A stretch of DNA of 64,000 nucleotides from Clostridia bacterium (GCA_041678685.1 JBAYNV010000001.1:4498-68497), one strand, 5' to 3'; counted from the first letter of the stretch, positions 9,721 through 19,025 are shown. Program-made: numbers and translations. Notes: a model not told the origin generated them from the sequence alone.

Positions 9721-9798
9721 TGGTGAGACATCGGAGACTCGAACTCCGGACACCTTGATTAAAAGTCAAGTGCTCTACCACCTGAGCTAATGTCCCAC
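9721..9798 (-). tRNA. tRNA-Lys (anticodon TTT)
   Basis: Reverse complement GTGGGACATTAGCTCAGGTGGTAGAGCACTTGACTTTTAATCAAG...TCTCACCA. It has a cloverleaf with anticodon loop cTTTTaa and an encoded CCA. Confidence 0.85.
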
Positions 9799-9801
9799 AT
9801 T

Positions 9802-9876
9802 TGGCTGGGATGGCAGGATTTGAACCTACGAGTGACGGAGTCAAAGTCCGTTGCCTTACCGCTTGGCTACATCCCA
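9802..9876 (-). tRNA. tRNA-Gln (anticodon TTG)
   Basis: Reverse complement TGGGATGTAGCCAAGCGGTAAGGCAACGGACTTTGACTCCGTC...CATCCCAGCCA. The anticodon stem ACGGA/TCCGT has loop cTTTGac, and CCA is encoded. Confidence 0.85.
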
Positions 9877-9890
9877 CCGCACCTATCTAA

Positions 9891-9968
9891 TGGGGTGAAT
9901 AAAGGGATTCGAACCCTTGGCCTCTAGGGCCACAACCTAGCGCTCTAACCAGCTGAGCTATACCCACC
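9891..9968 (-). tRNA. tRNA-His (anticodon GTG) with G-1
   Basis: Reverse complement GGTGGGTATAGCTCAGCTGGTTAGAGCGCTAGGTTGTGGCCCTAG...TTCACCCCA. It has an extra 5' G typical of tRNA-His and anticodon loop tTGTGgc. Confidence 0.85.
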
Positions 9969-9992
9969 ATGACCAAAATTAAGTCTTTACCT

Positions 9993-10021
9993 ATTTTAAT
10001 TGCTGGTAGAGTGTTTGTCAA
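9993..10021 (-). promoter_or_regulatory. sigma-A type promoter for the tRNA His-Gln-Lys cluster (TTGACA-17-TAAAAT)
   Basis: The minus strand reads TTGACA aacactctaccagcaat TAAAAT, about 25 nt upstream of the tRNA-His 5' end. Confidence 0.5.
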
Positions 10022-10053
10022 CAGGTTTTTAATTTTTAGATAGGCTATATAAT

Positions 10054-11493
10054 TCAGTCCTGATCCTTTGCTTTTATCCTCAGGTTTATATGATCAAGTC
10101 TGTCAAATTCCTCGTAATCCACCTGCTTGGTGATGTTCTCGAGTTCATAGTCGCCCATAACAGTGTTCCTTCCATTCTCGTATTCCTTATCTACGACAGC
10201 TTTGATCTTTGCCACGATAAGATCGGTTTTTTTGACTGTCTCATCCGGTGATTTAAGTCTGAAGAATGAGTTGAGCCAGTGCGCGACGCCTGCAAGACCG
10301 CTGTGGGAATCCACTGCGACAGTAGGAGGCCTGTTTAATAATTTTTCCGTATCGAATATGCTGTATATCTCAACATCCTTCAGCATGCCGTCAGCATGTA
10401 TGCCTGCTCTTGTGACATTAAAATTCCTGCCTACAAAGGGAGTCCTCGGAGGTATCTCATAACCTATATACTCCTCGAAGTATTCTGCTATTTCTGTGAT
10501 CGTGGGTATTTCCATGCCATCTGTCGTGCCTCTTAAGGAAGCATACTCTATGACCATTGCTTCAAGCGGACAGTTGCCTGTCCTCTCACCTATCCCAAGA
10601 AGCGAACAGTTGACGCCCGATGCGCCGTAGAGCCATGCTGTGGAAGCATTTGTAACGACCTTGTAGAAATCGTTGTGACCGTGCCATTCAAGCATATCGC
10701 TTGGGACCCCGCCGTAATGCTGCAGGCCATATATGATGCCCGGAACGCTTCTTGGCAGCGCTGCACCGGGATAAGAAACGCCAAAGCCCATGGTATCGCA
10801 GGCTCTGATCTTTATGGGTACCTTTGCCTCAGCTGAAAGCCTTGTCAGTTCGTCAGCAAAAGGTACTACGAATCCATAGAAGTCCGCTCTGGTTATATCT
10901 TCAAAATGGCATCTTGGCTTTATTCCTTTATCCAGAACGGCTTTTACTATCCCAAGATGCTTATCTATAGCCTGTTTTCTTGTAAGACCCATTTTATTAT
11001 ATATATGATAATCGGAACACGATACAAGTATCCCTGTTTCCTTGAGCCCTAATCCCTTCACTATGTCGAAATCTTTTTCATTTGCCCTTATCCAGCTTGT
11101 TATTTCGGGAAATTCATACCCTAAGGCCAGGCACTGTTCCACTGCTTTACGGTCTTTGTCAGTGTATACGAAAAATTCAGTCTGTCTGATCAGCCCTTTG
11201 GGTCCTCCGAGTTTATGCATGAGCTCATACAGATGCACTATCTGCTCTACCGTAAAGGGGGATGTCGATTGCTGCCCGTCTCTGAATGTGGTATCTGTAA
11301 TCCATATTTCCTTAGGCATGTTCATGGGAACGCTTCTCTGGTTGAAGGATACCTTCGGAATGGATCCATAGTCATAGAGATAACGGTACAGATTCGGCTG
11401 CTCCCTGTCCTGTAACTGATATTTATATGCTGATTGCTCCAGCAGGTTCGTCGTATCGGAAAACTGAAGTATGGGGTTAGTGTCATTTTGCAT
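10054..11493 (-). CDS. LeuA/NifV-family DRE-TIM metallolyase (2-isopropylmalate/homocitrate/Re-citrate synthase-like)
   Basis: WITDTTFRDGQQS, the HxH metal-binding region (EWHGHNDF) and the overall length fit the family. The N-terminal extension of about 55 aa means the exact start is uncertain. Confidence 0.7.
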   Translation of the reverse strand: MQNDTNPILQFSDTTNLLEQSAYKYQLQDREQPNLYRYLYDYGSIPKVSFNQRSVPMNMPKEIWITDTTFRDGQQSTSPFTVEQIVHLYELMHKLGGPKGLIRQTEFFVYTDKDRKAVEQCLALGYEFPEITSWIRANEKDFDIVKGLGLKETGILVSCSDYHIYNKMGLTRKQAIDKHLGIVKAVLDKGIKPRCHFEDITRADFYGFVVPFADELTRLSAEAKVPIKIRACDTMGFGVSYPGAALPRSVPGIIYGLQHYGGVPSDMLEWHGHNDFYKVVTNASTAWLYGASGVNCSLLGIGERTGNCPLEAMVIEYASLRGTTDGMEIPTITEIAEYFEEYIGYEIPPRTPFVGRNFNVTRAGIHADGMLKDVEIYSIFDTEKLLNRPPTVAVDSHSGLAGVAHWLNSFFRLKSPDETVKKTDLIVAKIKAVVDKEYENGRNTVMGDYELENITKQVDYEEFDRLDHINLRIKAKDQD

Positions 11494-11656
11494 AATTTAA
11501 ATCGTTTCCTTTCATCTTTTGTCCATTAAATATAAATTATGACGAATTATATAACCACTTTTGAATAATTGCAACAATTTTCTTTCATATTTAAATATAA
11601 AAATACAGCCGCATGTATGAATAAGCAGCTGTATGGTATATCAAAAGAAATATCTG

Positions 11657-13135
11657 TTATTTATCTGTTGGGATCTGGGCTTTCTTTGCTGTGATCTCAC
11701 CGATCATTCTGTCATATTCCTTTTCGTCGACTTTGTTTTTTGTCTGCATCACCAGGAATGCGCAGCCTATAAGGAATATTGGAACGAAAACTATGATGCA
11801 TCTGAAATTCATCTTCATCGAATCTGTTCCCAAAGCAAGAGCCTGATCTATCATCGCGCTCTTCTCAACAGCATCGATCTGACCCATATTGCTCAATTGT
11901 TCCGCTTCCGAAATACCGTTTGTGATAGCAGTGATGCCAAGTAAAAGATATGCGGCCGCAACTATCCCCTGCTCAAGCGCAGATCCCATCTTTGCCATGA
12001 ATGGTCTTATCGAGAAGATTATTGCCTCGTCTCTGTTACCTTTCTTGTATTCGTTATACTCTATGCAGTTGGTAAGATTGATGGTTATGACCATATATAT
12101 CATGGACTGCCCGAAAGCCAGAAGCAGACCGGCAACACACAGAAGAAGATATATCATAGGTATCGCTATACCGATAATGAAGAAGAAACCATATCCCAGG
12201 ATAACGCCTATAAGTCCCAATACCGCTATCTTGCTTCTTGTCAGATGCTTTGCCATTGCAGGATATACGATATTCACAAGCAATGATCCCAGAGCATATG
12301 CGCCTACGAACAAAGTGATATTTATCCCATCATATCCGAAATACATATATACATATATGATACCAAAAACATTTATAAGGGATGAACCCAGATTATATAG
12401 AAGCATCTCTAAAGACGTCCACAGAAGCTGATCGTTTTTCAATACGACGTTTATCATTGCTTTAAACCCTATCTTTTCGTTATTCGGACGATATGATACA
12501 GGCGCTTCTTTCACGCAGAATGTCGTCATTGCCTGGCACCCAATGAATATGAGGCCGATTATGATAGCTACTGCTCTGTATCCGGTAATGGAGTTGCCTC
12601 CAATTGCCATGGAACCGTTTGTCAATATCGGTATTGCAGCAAATGCTATGATAGCGCCTATCGCCGCAAAAAGATTGGCCATTGAAGTCAGCGTAGCTCT
12701 CTGATTCTGATCCTTTGCCAAAGAAGGAAGCATTGCCCAATAGCTTATATCGTTCATAGTGAACGTTATATCGAACAGAAGATATAATATGCCGAAGAAA
12801 ACAACAAAGTTCCAGCCTGTGAAACCCGATGAGAAATATATGACCATCACAACCGCACTGGTCACGGCCCCTATGATTATCCATGGTTTGAATTTACCCA
12901 ATTTCATTTTGGTATTTTCAATGATACCACCCATCACCGGGTCATTTATTGCATCCCAGATACGGCATACGATCATAATTATACTGATCGCAAAAAACTG
13001 CGCATCCGTCAATGTCCTTGTGAACATGACATATGTCAGCAGATAAGCTGCAAAAAGCTGATAAGCCATGTCACGTCCGATACCGCCAAGCGAATAAAAC
13101 CACTTGTTACGATTGAATGTTTTTGTCTCGTCCAT
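11657..13135 (-). CDS. GPH-family (MelB-like) glycoside/pentoside/hexuronide:cation symporter
   Basis: Twelve predicted TM segments and the YSLGGIGRDMAYQL...GPH signature. I prefer the MDETK start at 13135 (GGGGGAGAG SD) over the track start at 13156. Confidence 0.75.
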   Translation of the reverse strand: MDETKTFNRNKWFYSLGGIGRDMAYQLFAAYLLTYVMFTRTLTDAQFFAISIIMIVCRIWDAINDPVMGGIIENTKMKLGKFKPWIIIGAVTSAVVMVIYFSSGFTGWNFVVFFGILYLLFDITFTMNDISYWAMLPSLAKDQNQRATLTSMANLFAAIGAIIAFAAIPILTNGSMAIGGNSITGYRAVAIIIGLIFIGCQAMTTFCVKEAPVSYRPNNEKIGFKAMINVVLKNDQLLWTSLEMLLYNLGSSLINVFGIIYVYMYFGYDGINITLFVGAYALGSLLVNIVYPAMAKHLTRSKIAVLGLIGVILGYGFFFIIGIAIPMIYLLLCVAGLLLAFGQSMIYMVITINLTNCIEYNEYKKGNRDEAIIFSIRPFMAKMGSALEQGIVAAAYLLLGITAITNGISEAEQLSNMGQIDAVEKSAMIDQALALGTDSMKMNFRCIIVFVPIFLIGCAFLVMQTKNKVDEKEYDRMIGEITAKKAQIPTDK

Positions 13136-13276
13136 ACTACTCTCCCCCATATACATTTGTTAGATTGATTTGTAATATCATGATTATATATCGGGAAACA
13201 TCATTATTTCAATAAGCAAGAAAAATAAAGTATGATCCCGGTCATTTTAATGAGAAAAAGACCTCATATGAAGTCT

Positions 13277-13483
13277 TTATATATTTATATCTTCGTAATC
13301 CTCAGGTATAACCCTGCCATCAAGGTCATAACGCTTTTTATGCAGGATGCACAGTACTTTCCCGCTTTCTTCCAGCGCTTCCTGTATATCCTCATCAGTC
13401 ATTTCATTATTATCGAATACCTTATCCGATTTTTTACCCCATTGCTCATTTGAATGCAGGCGCAGGTTAGATTTGCTGATCAT
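13277..13483 (-). CDS. small hypothetical acidic protein (68 aa from internal ATG; 98 aa if the 13573 start is used)
   Basis: AGAGGT SD 7 nt upstream of the ATG at 13483. No recognisable family, and possibly spurious. It sits between two transporter genes. Confidence 0.25.
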   Translation of the reverse strand: MISKSNLRLHSNEQWGKKSDKVFDNNEMTDEDIQEALEESGKVLCILHKKRYDLDGRVIPEDYEDINI

Positions 13484-13575
13484 AAAAGGGACCTCTTTTT
13501 CAGATAAATTCTGCTTAACCGCTTTCCGATTAATATACTTTAAACACGCGTAAAAGTCAAATGAAGAATACAAGA

Positions 13576-13600
13576 AAGACGGGTATCATCCCGTCTTTTT
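13576..13600. terminator. rho-independent terminator after the GltS-like transporter gene
   Basis: AAGACGGG tatcat CCCGTCTT: an 8-bp perfect stem with T-rich flanks on both strands. Confidence 0.45.
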
Positions 13601-13619
13601 GCATACTTTATTTTGTCTG

Positions 13620-15044
13620 TTATTTTGTTTCCTTTTTAAATATCTGTTTTCTGAAAAGGATCACCGAATATACGACCATGAGCACTGTAAGCAATGCTAT
13701 GGTGATATAAAGATTATTCGTACTCTGAGGCGCAAAACTAAGCACAAGCAGCACAGGGAATCCGAATACTATAGCCCACAACTGCTGATATACCAGGTTC
13801 GTGGCCGCAGGCGTCTGAAACTGGGGATCTATCTCCCTAAGCAGTATTATACCTGTGCTTGCAGTCCCGGTAAGCATTCCGTACATAACAAGAAATGATT
13901 CATGCCTGTATGTCGGAAACAGCCTCTTGCATATGAAATCGCACTGTATGTATGTTATTACCAGACCTGCAACGGACAATGCAATGACCGGTATGACGAA
14001 TTCCTTGTATTTGAAAGCCGACAGATCTATAGCCGCTATTGAAGCGACTACCATTATATCGAACGCAAATCCAGAAATACGGTTCTGCATGAAATTGCTT
14101 GTATATTCCCTCTTGATGATCCCTTTTTTCTTGAGCGTCTGTAATATCGTCTTGACCAATACTGCAAACACTGTGGCAAACAGGAAATTGAATCCCCAAA
14201 GAAGAGGCTGAACAGTATTTACGCCAAAACTGCCCATGTATCCGGCCTCGATTATCTGATTCACGCCCCACATGAATATGTATGTCATAGCATATGCTAT
14301 AAATACCAATGCTATCTGAACAGTCAGTTTATCGATGGATTCGGATAGAGGTATTTCATTTTTCGCTGATGTTACCTGCTCAGCAGGTTCTTCGACGAAC
14401 GTTTCACTGTCATCAAAGTTGCTCTTTGCAACTCCTTTTCGTTTAAGTCTCCAAAGATATATTATCCCGCCAATGCTTGCTGATATGAAGCCTGTTGCTG
14501 CAATGGTGAGCCCGAAGCTCGTTCCATTTTCAAAACCCCACAGTGTTTCGTATGTATGCCCCCAGTTGAATGCCTGTCCGGGCCCCTGCCCGTAACCCAT
14601 CGGGAGAAGCAGACCTGCTGCAGGGAAAAGGCCTTCCATGAAAAACCCGAGAACGACCATAATGACCAGTCCGAAAAGACCCTGAAGCACATATCCTGAC
14701 ACTGTGGTCAACCCGTAATTCAATATGTCTGTTTTTGTACCCTTAGAGGACTTGCCTTCAGATGTCTTCAATGCGACTGCGGCAAACCCCAGCCCCAGTC
14801 CATGGTATGTCAGCGTCTCTAAAGTAACCGCCGAAAACATCGAATCCCCCGTGATCTCCTTATATATGTAATTTGCCATAAGGATAAGGAATCCGCCCAG
14901 GACGGCACTTGGTATTAAAGACTTCCTAAGTGGCTTGATAACCCTTCGTAAAAGGTTAGCTATCATCATTGCCCCAAGAAGAAGAGTCAGCGTGATAATG
15001 AAAGACCATACGTTGGTATCCCAAAAATTAACTCCAGTTGTCAT
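13620..15044 (-). CDS. sodium:solute symporter of the GltS (Na+/glutamate) type, two-repeat membrane transporter
   Basis: Two homologous halves of about 5 TM each, separated by a hydrophilic loop. The IPSAVLGG motif resembles GltS IPEPVVGG. The assignment is tentative. Confidence 0.45.
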   Translation of the reverse strand: MTTGVNFWDTNVWSFIITLTLLLGAMMIANLLRRVIKPLRKSLIPSAVLGGFLILMANYIYKEITGDSMFSAVTLETLTYHGLGLGFAAVALKTSEGKSSKGTKTDILNYGLTTVSGYVLQGLFGLVIMVVLGFFMEGLFPAAGLLLPMGYGQGPGQAFNWGHTYETLWGFENGTSFGLTIAATGFISASIGGIIYLWRLKRKGVAKSNFDDSETFVEEPAEQVTSAKNEIPLSESIDKLTVQIALVFIAYAMTYIFMWGVNQIIEAGYMGSFGVNTVQPLLWGFNFLFATVFAVLVKTILQTLKKKGIIKREYTSNFMQNRISGFAFDIMVVASIAAIDLSAFKYKEFVIPVIALSVAGLVITYIQCDFICKRLFPTYRHESFLVMYGMLTGTASTGIILLREIDPQFQTPAATNLVYQQLWAIVFGFPVLLVLSFAPQSTNNLYITIALLTVLMVVYSVILFRKQIFKKETK

Positions 15045-15141
15045 ATGTTATCTCCTTAATATGTTTTTATGAGCTAGTAATAACTTTTGTATTATAACAC
15101 CAACATATAAGAAATAAAAGAAGAAATTTTAAATTTCATAA

Positions 15142-15168
15142 TTGTTACGTATTTCGTCATGATATAAT
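15142..15168 (+). promoter_or_regulatory. candidate sigma-A promoter with extended -10 (TTGTTA-15-tgaTATAAT) for the lyase/BNR operon
   Basis: It lies about 30 nt upstream of the 15200 start. TG is present at -15/-14. The spacing is suboptimal. Confidence 0.3.
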
Positions 15169-15199
15169 CACAATACACAAATAAAAACCGGAGGCTTTA

Positions 15200-16117
15200 A
15201 TGAGATCCCGTGGAATATATGTAACAATGATCACCCCATACACAGTCAGCAATAAGATCGATTACAATGTAGTGGAGAAAATGGTCGAATGGTATATCAA
15301 AAATGGCCTGCACGGTATATTTGCCGTATGCCAGTCATCAGAAATGTTCTACCTTTCAAGAGATGAAAGAAAGGAACTTGCATCTTTCATAATCAGAACG
15401 GTGAACGGAAGGATACCTGTCGTGGTGTCCGGGCACGTCAGTGAATGTGAAAATGAGCAGATCACCGATGTATACGACGCATATGAACAAGGCGCATCTA
15501 ATGTCATCCTTCTTACTAATAAGTTCGCGATGAAAGATGATCCGGAAGGTACATTCATAAGGAATCTTGGATCGTTCATAGATAAAATACCCGAAGGGAT
15601 ACCTCTGGGGCTGTATGAATGCCCTGCACCATATAAGTATGTGCTCACAGACAAGGACATGAAATGGGTCATACAAAGTAAAAGATTCACTTTCTTTAAA
15701 GACACATGCTGCGATGCGGATATTATAAAAAACAGGATCACTCTGGCAAAAGGCACGGATTTTTCCATATTCAATGCAAACGGCGGGACTTTCTACGAGA
15801 CACTCAAGGCAGGCGCATGCGGCTACAGCGGTATAATGGCGAATTTCCATCCGGATCTGTATGTCTGGCTTTTTGACAACTATAAAAAGCATCCAAAGGA
15901 GGCAAACCTCGTTGCATCTTTCCTTGCGATGGCTGCAGTCATAGAGACAAGGGTCTACCCTGCATGCGCTAAATACCATATGCAGAGATATTTCAATGAA
16001 ATGCTTACGGATTCCAGAAGCTGTGATGCATCACTTTTGAAAAGTTTTATGAAAGATGAAGTGGATGCGATGGAGAACGTTGCCCAGTTTATAAGAGAAA
16101 CGATAAGGAGCATATGA
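15200..16117 (+). CDS. DapA/NAL-family class I aldolase (dihydrodipicolinate synthase / N-acetylneuraminate lyase-like)
   Basis: GIYVTMITPYT and the length are typical of the DHDPS/NanA family. GGAGG lies 6 nt upstream. Confidence 0.7.
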   Translation: MRSRGIYVTMITPYTVSNKIDYNVVEKMVEWYIKNGLHGIFAVCQSSEMFYLSRDERKELASFIIRTVNGRIPVVVSGHVSECENEQITDVYDAYEQGASNVILLTNKFAMKDDPEGTFIRNLGSFIDKIPEGIPLGLYECPAPYKYVLTDKDMKWVIQSKRFTFFKDTCCDADIIKNRITLAKGTDFSIFNANGGTFYETLKAGACGYSGIMANFHPDLYVWLFDNYKKHPKEANLVASFLAMAAVIETRVYPACAKYHMQRYFNEMLTDSRSCDASLLKSFMKDEVDAMENVAQFIRETIRSI

Positions 16118-16118
16118 A

Positions 16119-17459
16119 ATGGTGACGATAACAAGAATGGAACCTTTCGACAGCGGTATAACATTTGAATATACATGCGATGCTTTGGAAAAGCAGCTTC
16201 GTATGAGGATCGCGATGGTACGGCAGTCCTCTTCGAAGGTCATTGAGAAACATATAGACGCAAAAGACGGCATGGTGAACGTTGACGGGTTGGAAAATGG
16301 CAAGGACTATACGGTGTGTCTCACTTTAACCGATAAAATAGGCAGGATAGAAGTCCCATCCTGCACAAGGCTTTTCACTCCTTTTAAAAACAAGAAAAAT
16401 TTCAAGATCATCAACTATATCCACAAAGATGATTTTTATTTCTATCCTTCTGGAAGATCCACATGCTCCCCCTGCCTGCTGGTATTACCAAACGGTGATT
16501 ATTTATGTTCTCATGATGTGTTCTGGGGGCACGGTGCGCAGGATCTTTCATATATTTTCACATCAAAGGATTCCGGTCTGACATGGCATTATCTGTCTCA
16601 TATATCACCCTGCTTCTGGGGAAAATTATTTCTGATAGGCAGTGTCGTATACATGCTGGGCATGTCCACGGAATATGGAGACATAATGCTGCATAGATCC
16701 ATGGATTGCGGAGCCACATGGGATAAGACAGTTTGTCTGTTCAAAACCGACATAGTTGATGAAAGAGGTTTCCACCAGGCTCCGGTCCCGACAGTGATCA
16801 ACAATGGCAGGATATGGACCGCAGTGGAATACGGGACATGGAAGCATAAATTCAGCATACATGTGATTTCGTGCGATATAGGCAAGGATCTGATGGATCC
16901 GAAGAATTGGGCTATGACAGGAGATACATCAGTAAAAATGAATCTCATGGGACTCAGAGGATGCAAGGAAGATCCTGTAGCGATAGAAGGAAATGTCATC
17001 ACAGGGAATGATGGCCGCATGTATGATATGCTCCGATGCAATCTTGTCGATGACGGTATAGCTATCTTAAGCGAGCTTGATAAAAATGATCCTACCGCAC
17101 CGCTTAAAAACATAAGAGCGGTCGATCTTCCTCTAGGACACTGTAAATTTGTCATAAGAAACAGAAACAACAGATATTATGTTATGGGAAACCGTATAGC
17201 CACTCCTTATGGCAACAAACGTCAGACGATGAGCCTTTATGGATCAGATGATCTGATAAGCTGGACTTTTATAAAAGATCTCTGGGATATACGCTCTACT
17301 TCTGACAGAAAGAAAGCCGCTTTGCAGTATCCGGACTGGTGTTTTCAAAATGATGACATCATTGCCGTGATAAGAACTGCCATGGATAAGCCGTTTAATT
17401 TCCATAATGCCAACTGCATCACGTTCCACAGATACAGGAACGCGCTGGAAAGCAAATGA
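16119..17459 (+). CDS. BNR/Asp-box repeat glycosyl hydrolase (sialidase-like, GH33-type beta-propeller), cytoplasmic
   Basis: Asp-boxes SKDSGLTW and SMDCGATW, plus a degenerate SDDLISW. No signal peptide. The start is 1 nt after the lyase stop. Confidence 0.6.
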   Translation: MVTITRMEPFDSGITFEYTCDALEKQLRMRIAMVRQSSSKVIEKHIDAKDGMVNVDGLENGKDYTVCLTLTDKIGRIEVPSCTRLFTPFKNKKNFKIINYIHKDDFYFYPSGRSTCSPCLLVLPNGDYLCSHDVFWGHGAQDLSYIFTSKDSGLTWHYLSHISPCFWGKLFLIGSVVYMLGMSTEYGDIMLHRSMDCGATWDKTVCLFKTDIVDERGFHQAPVPTVINNGRIWTAVEYGTWKHKFSIHVISCDIGKDLMDPKNWAMTGDTSVKMNLMGLRGCKEDPVAIEGNVITGNDGRMYDMLRCNLVDDGIAILSELDKNDPTAPLKNIRAVDLPLGHCKFVIRNRNNRYYVMGNRIATPYGNKRQTMSLYGSDDLISWTFIKDLWDIRSTSDRKKAALQYPDWCFQNDDIIAVIRTAMDKPFNFHNANCITFHRYRNALESK

Positions 17460-17538
17460 TCCAAAGATGATATTATGGGCGGAATGCTTGCAAATCTGAA
17501 GTTTTTCGGGTAAAATCTGAAATAAAAGAGGCTGATAA

Positions 17539-18342
17539 ATGTTAACAAAAGAAACAGAATGCCTATACACTTTCAAACGAAGCAGTTATGACGAAAACAA
17601 GGTTTTCTTCTCAAATTATCTGGCTAAATTGAAGAAACCATTTGATGACTATCTTGAAATGAATATAAACAGCTCTGTTTTTTATTCTATCAGTTACAGG
17701 GATGACCATATCGGTTTCTTTTCAGTTCTTGAAGAAAAGTACCTTACGTCATTTTATCTTCCTGATTCCCTGCTGTTTCTGGCAAAAGACATTTTTATGC
17801 TGATTGTAAGGGATTTCAACATAGAAATGATACTGGTCACAAGTTTTGATGAAATGTCCTTATGTTTATGTACCGATCATCTTTCCAATATCAAAACGCA
17901 CTACTTATATTATACACAAAGCTGTCTTCCTGTCAGGAATCCGGAATATGCTTATGACCTGTTCAGAAAAGCCAGATACAAAGACATCGAGAGCATTAAA
18001 AAGTACAGCGGCAGCTTTATTGATCTTCATAAACAGAGGATCGATAAAGAACAGTTATATATATTAGAAGATAAAACGGGTTTATTTCTTGGTCTGGGAT
18101 TAATAATACCTCATACCCTGCAATCCGGGATATGCAGTCTTGGTGTATTTATTAGAGAAGATAAACGTAATAATTATGCAGGAAGAAGCATATTATTACA
18201 TTTATCGGCAGTTGCAAAGGAAAGAAAGCTTTCTGTCCGCTGTGCATGCCCCGTCAGCAATGAGGCATATGGCAGGGCTCTTGAAAGTGCCGGTTTCGTT
18301 AATGATTCCAGACTGTTCGTTGTTTATATCGATCATAACTAA
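17539..18342 (+). CDS. hypothetical protein, C-terminal half GNAT-acetyltransferase-like
   Basis: 267 aa. The C-terminal segment (GVFIREDKRNNYAGRSILLHLSAVAKE) resembles GNAT motif A. The family call is weak. Confidence 0.3.
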   Translation: MLTKETECLYTFKRSSYDENKVFFSNYLAKLKKPFDDYLEMNINSSVFYSISYRDDHIGFFSVLEEKYLTSFYLPDSLLFLAKDIFMLIVRDFNIEMILVTSFDEMSLCLCTDHLSNIKTHYLYYTQSCLPVRNPEYAYDLFRKARYKDIESIKKYSGSFIDLHKQRIDKEQLYILEDKTGLFLGLGLIIPHTLQSGICSLGVFIREDKRNNYAGRSILLHLSAVAKERKLSVRCACPVSNEAYGRALESAGFVNDSRLFVVYIDHN

Positions 18343-18514
18343 CAATATTTAGTATATGTTATATTATTAATACTTAATACAGATATATATAATAGAACAT
18401 CTATTAACAGTAAATTTAAATAATAATAATTGTTTTTGTATTATTATTTATTATTATATTCTATTTATCGTGTATAAAAGTTCAATATTTTTTGATTTTT
18501 ATTCGCATTTAGTA

Positions 18515-18543
18515 TTGACATTGTCATTATACGCTATTACAAT
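18515..18543 (+). promoter_or_regulatory. sigma-A type promoter of the flgB early flagellar operon (TTGACA-17-TACAAT) with overlapping palindrome
   Basis: TTGACA ttgtcattatacgctat TACAAT lies about 125 nt upstream of flgB. The -35 sits inside the perfect palindrome TGACA-T-TGTCA (18516-18526). Confidence 0.55.
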
Positions 18544-18673
18544 GTGAACTATAACATTGGATTATTAAAGATTTCACTTAAATTTTTGGGATTTACTGAA
18601 GGATTTAGTAGCAACAATCGGAATGGATTCGCAAAACAGATAAACGCATTTTTAAAAAACATTTAGGAGGTAA

Positions 18674-19021
18674 ATGATGTCTATTAATGTTCTTAAAAAT
18701 ACTCAGATTGTGACCGATGGTATGGATAAATGTCTGCAGCGAAATCAAATACTTGCTTCAAACATAGCTAATTCGGCAACACCCGGGTATAAGGCCAAGG
18801 ATGTGTTTCTCAATATCCTTAATCCTGTCAATAAAGAAGGAGGCATCAACTACTCTATCCAGGAACGTACGGATGTCGAGGTCAAGGAAAATGGAAATAC
18901 GGTCGATATGGGTAAGGAAATGACATCGATAGTTGAAAATGTTCTGGAATACAACGCACTCGTACAATCGCTTTCTAAAAGTATCAGCAGTATAGAATAC
19001 GCTATTGATGACAGGAGGTAG
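18674..19021 (+). CDS. flgB: flagellar basal-body rod protein FlgB
   Basis: ASNIANSATPGYKAKDV rod motif. AGGAGG SD upstream. It is the first gene of the operon. The second ATG (18677) may be the real start. Confidence 0.85.
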   Translation: MMSINVLKNTQIVTDGMDKCLQRNQILASNIANSATPGYKAKDVFLNILNPVNKEGGINYSIQERTDVEVKENGNTVDMGKEMTSIVENVLEYNALVQSLSKSISSIEYAIDDRR

Positions 19022-19025
19022 AAAA

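Noticed and set aside
9605-9877. 90-aa minus-strand ORF in the track
   Set aside because: It lies entirely over tRNA-Lys and tRNA-Gln, so it is a chance ORF in structured RNA genes.
11494-11656. Candidate terminator ATACAGC...GCTGTAT between the LeuA-like and GPH transporter genes
   Set aside because: The 7-bp stem has an 18-nt loop and no T-run, which is too weak to call.
18343-18480. AT-rich repeats (taataataataatt, ttattattatttattattat) as a mobile element or CRISPR-like array
   Set aside because: They are simple low-complexity A/T tracts without regular repeat-spacer periodicity or terminal inverted repeats. A promoter-upstream curved-DNA or UP region fits better.
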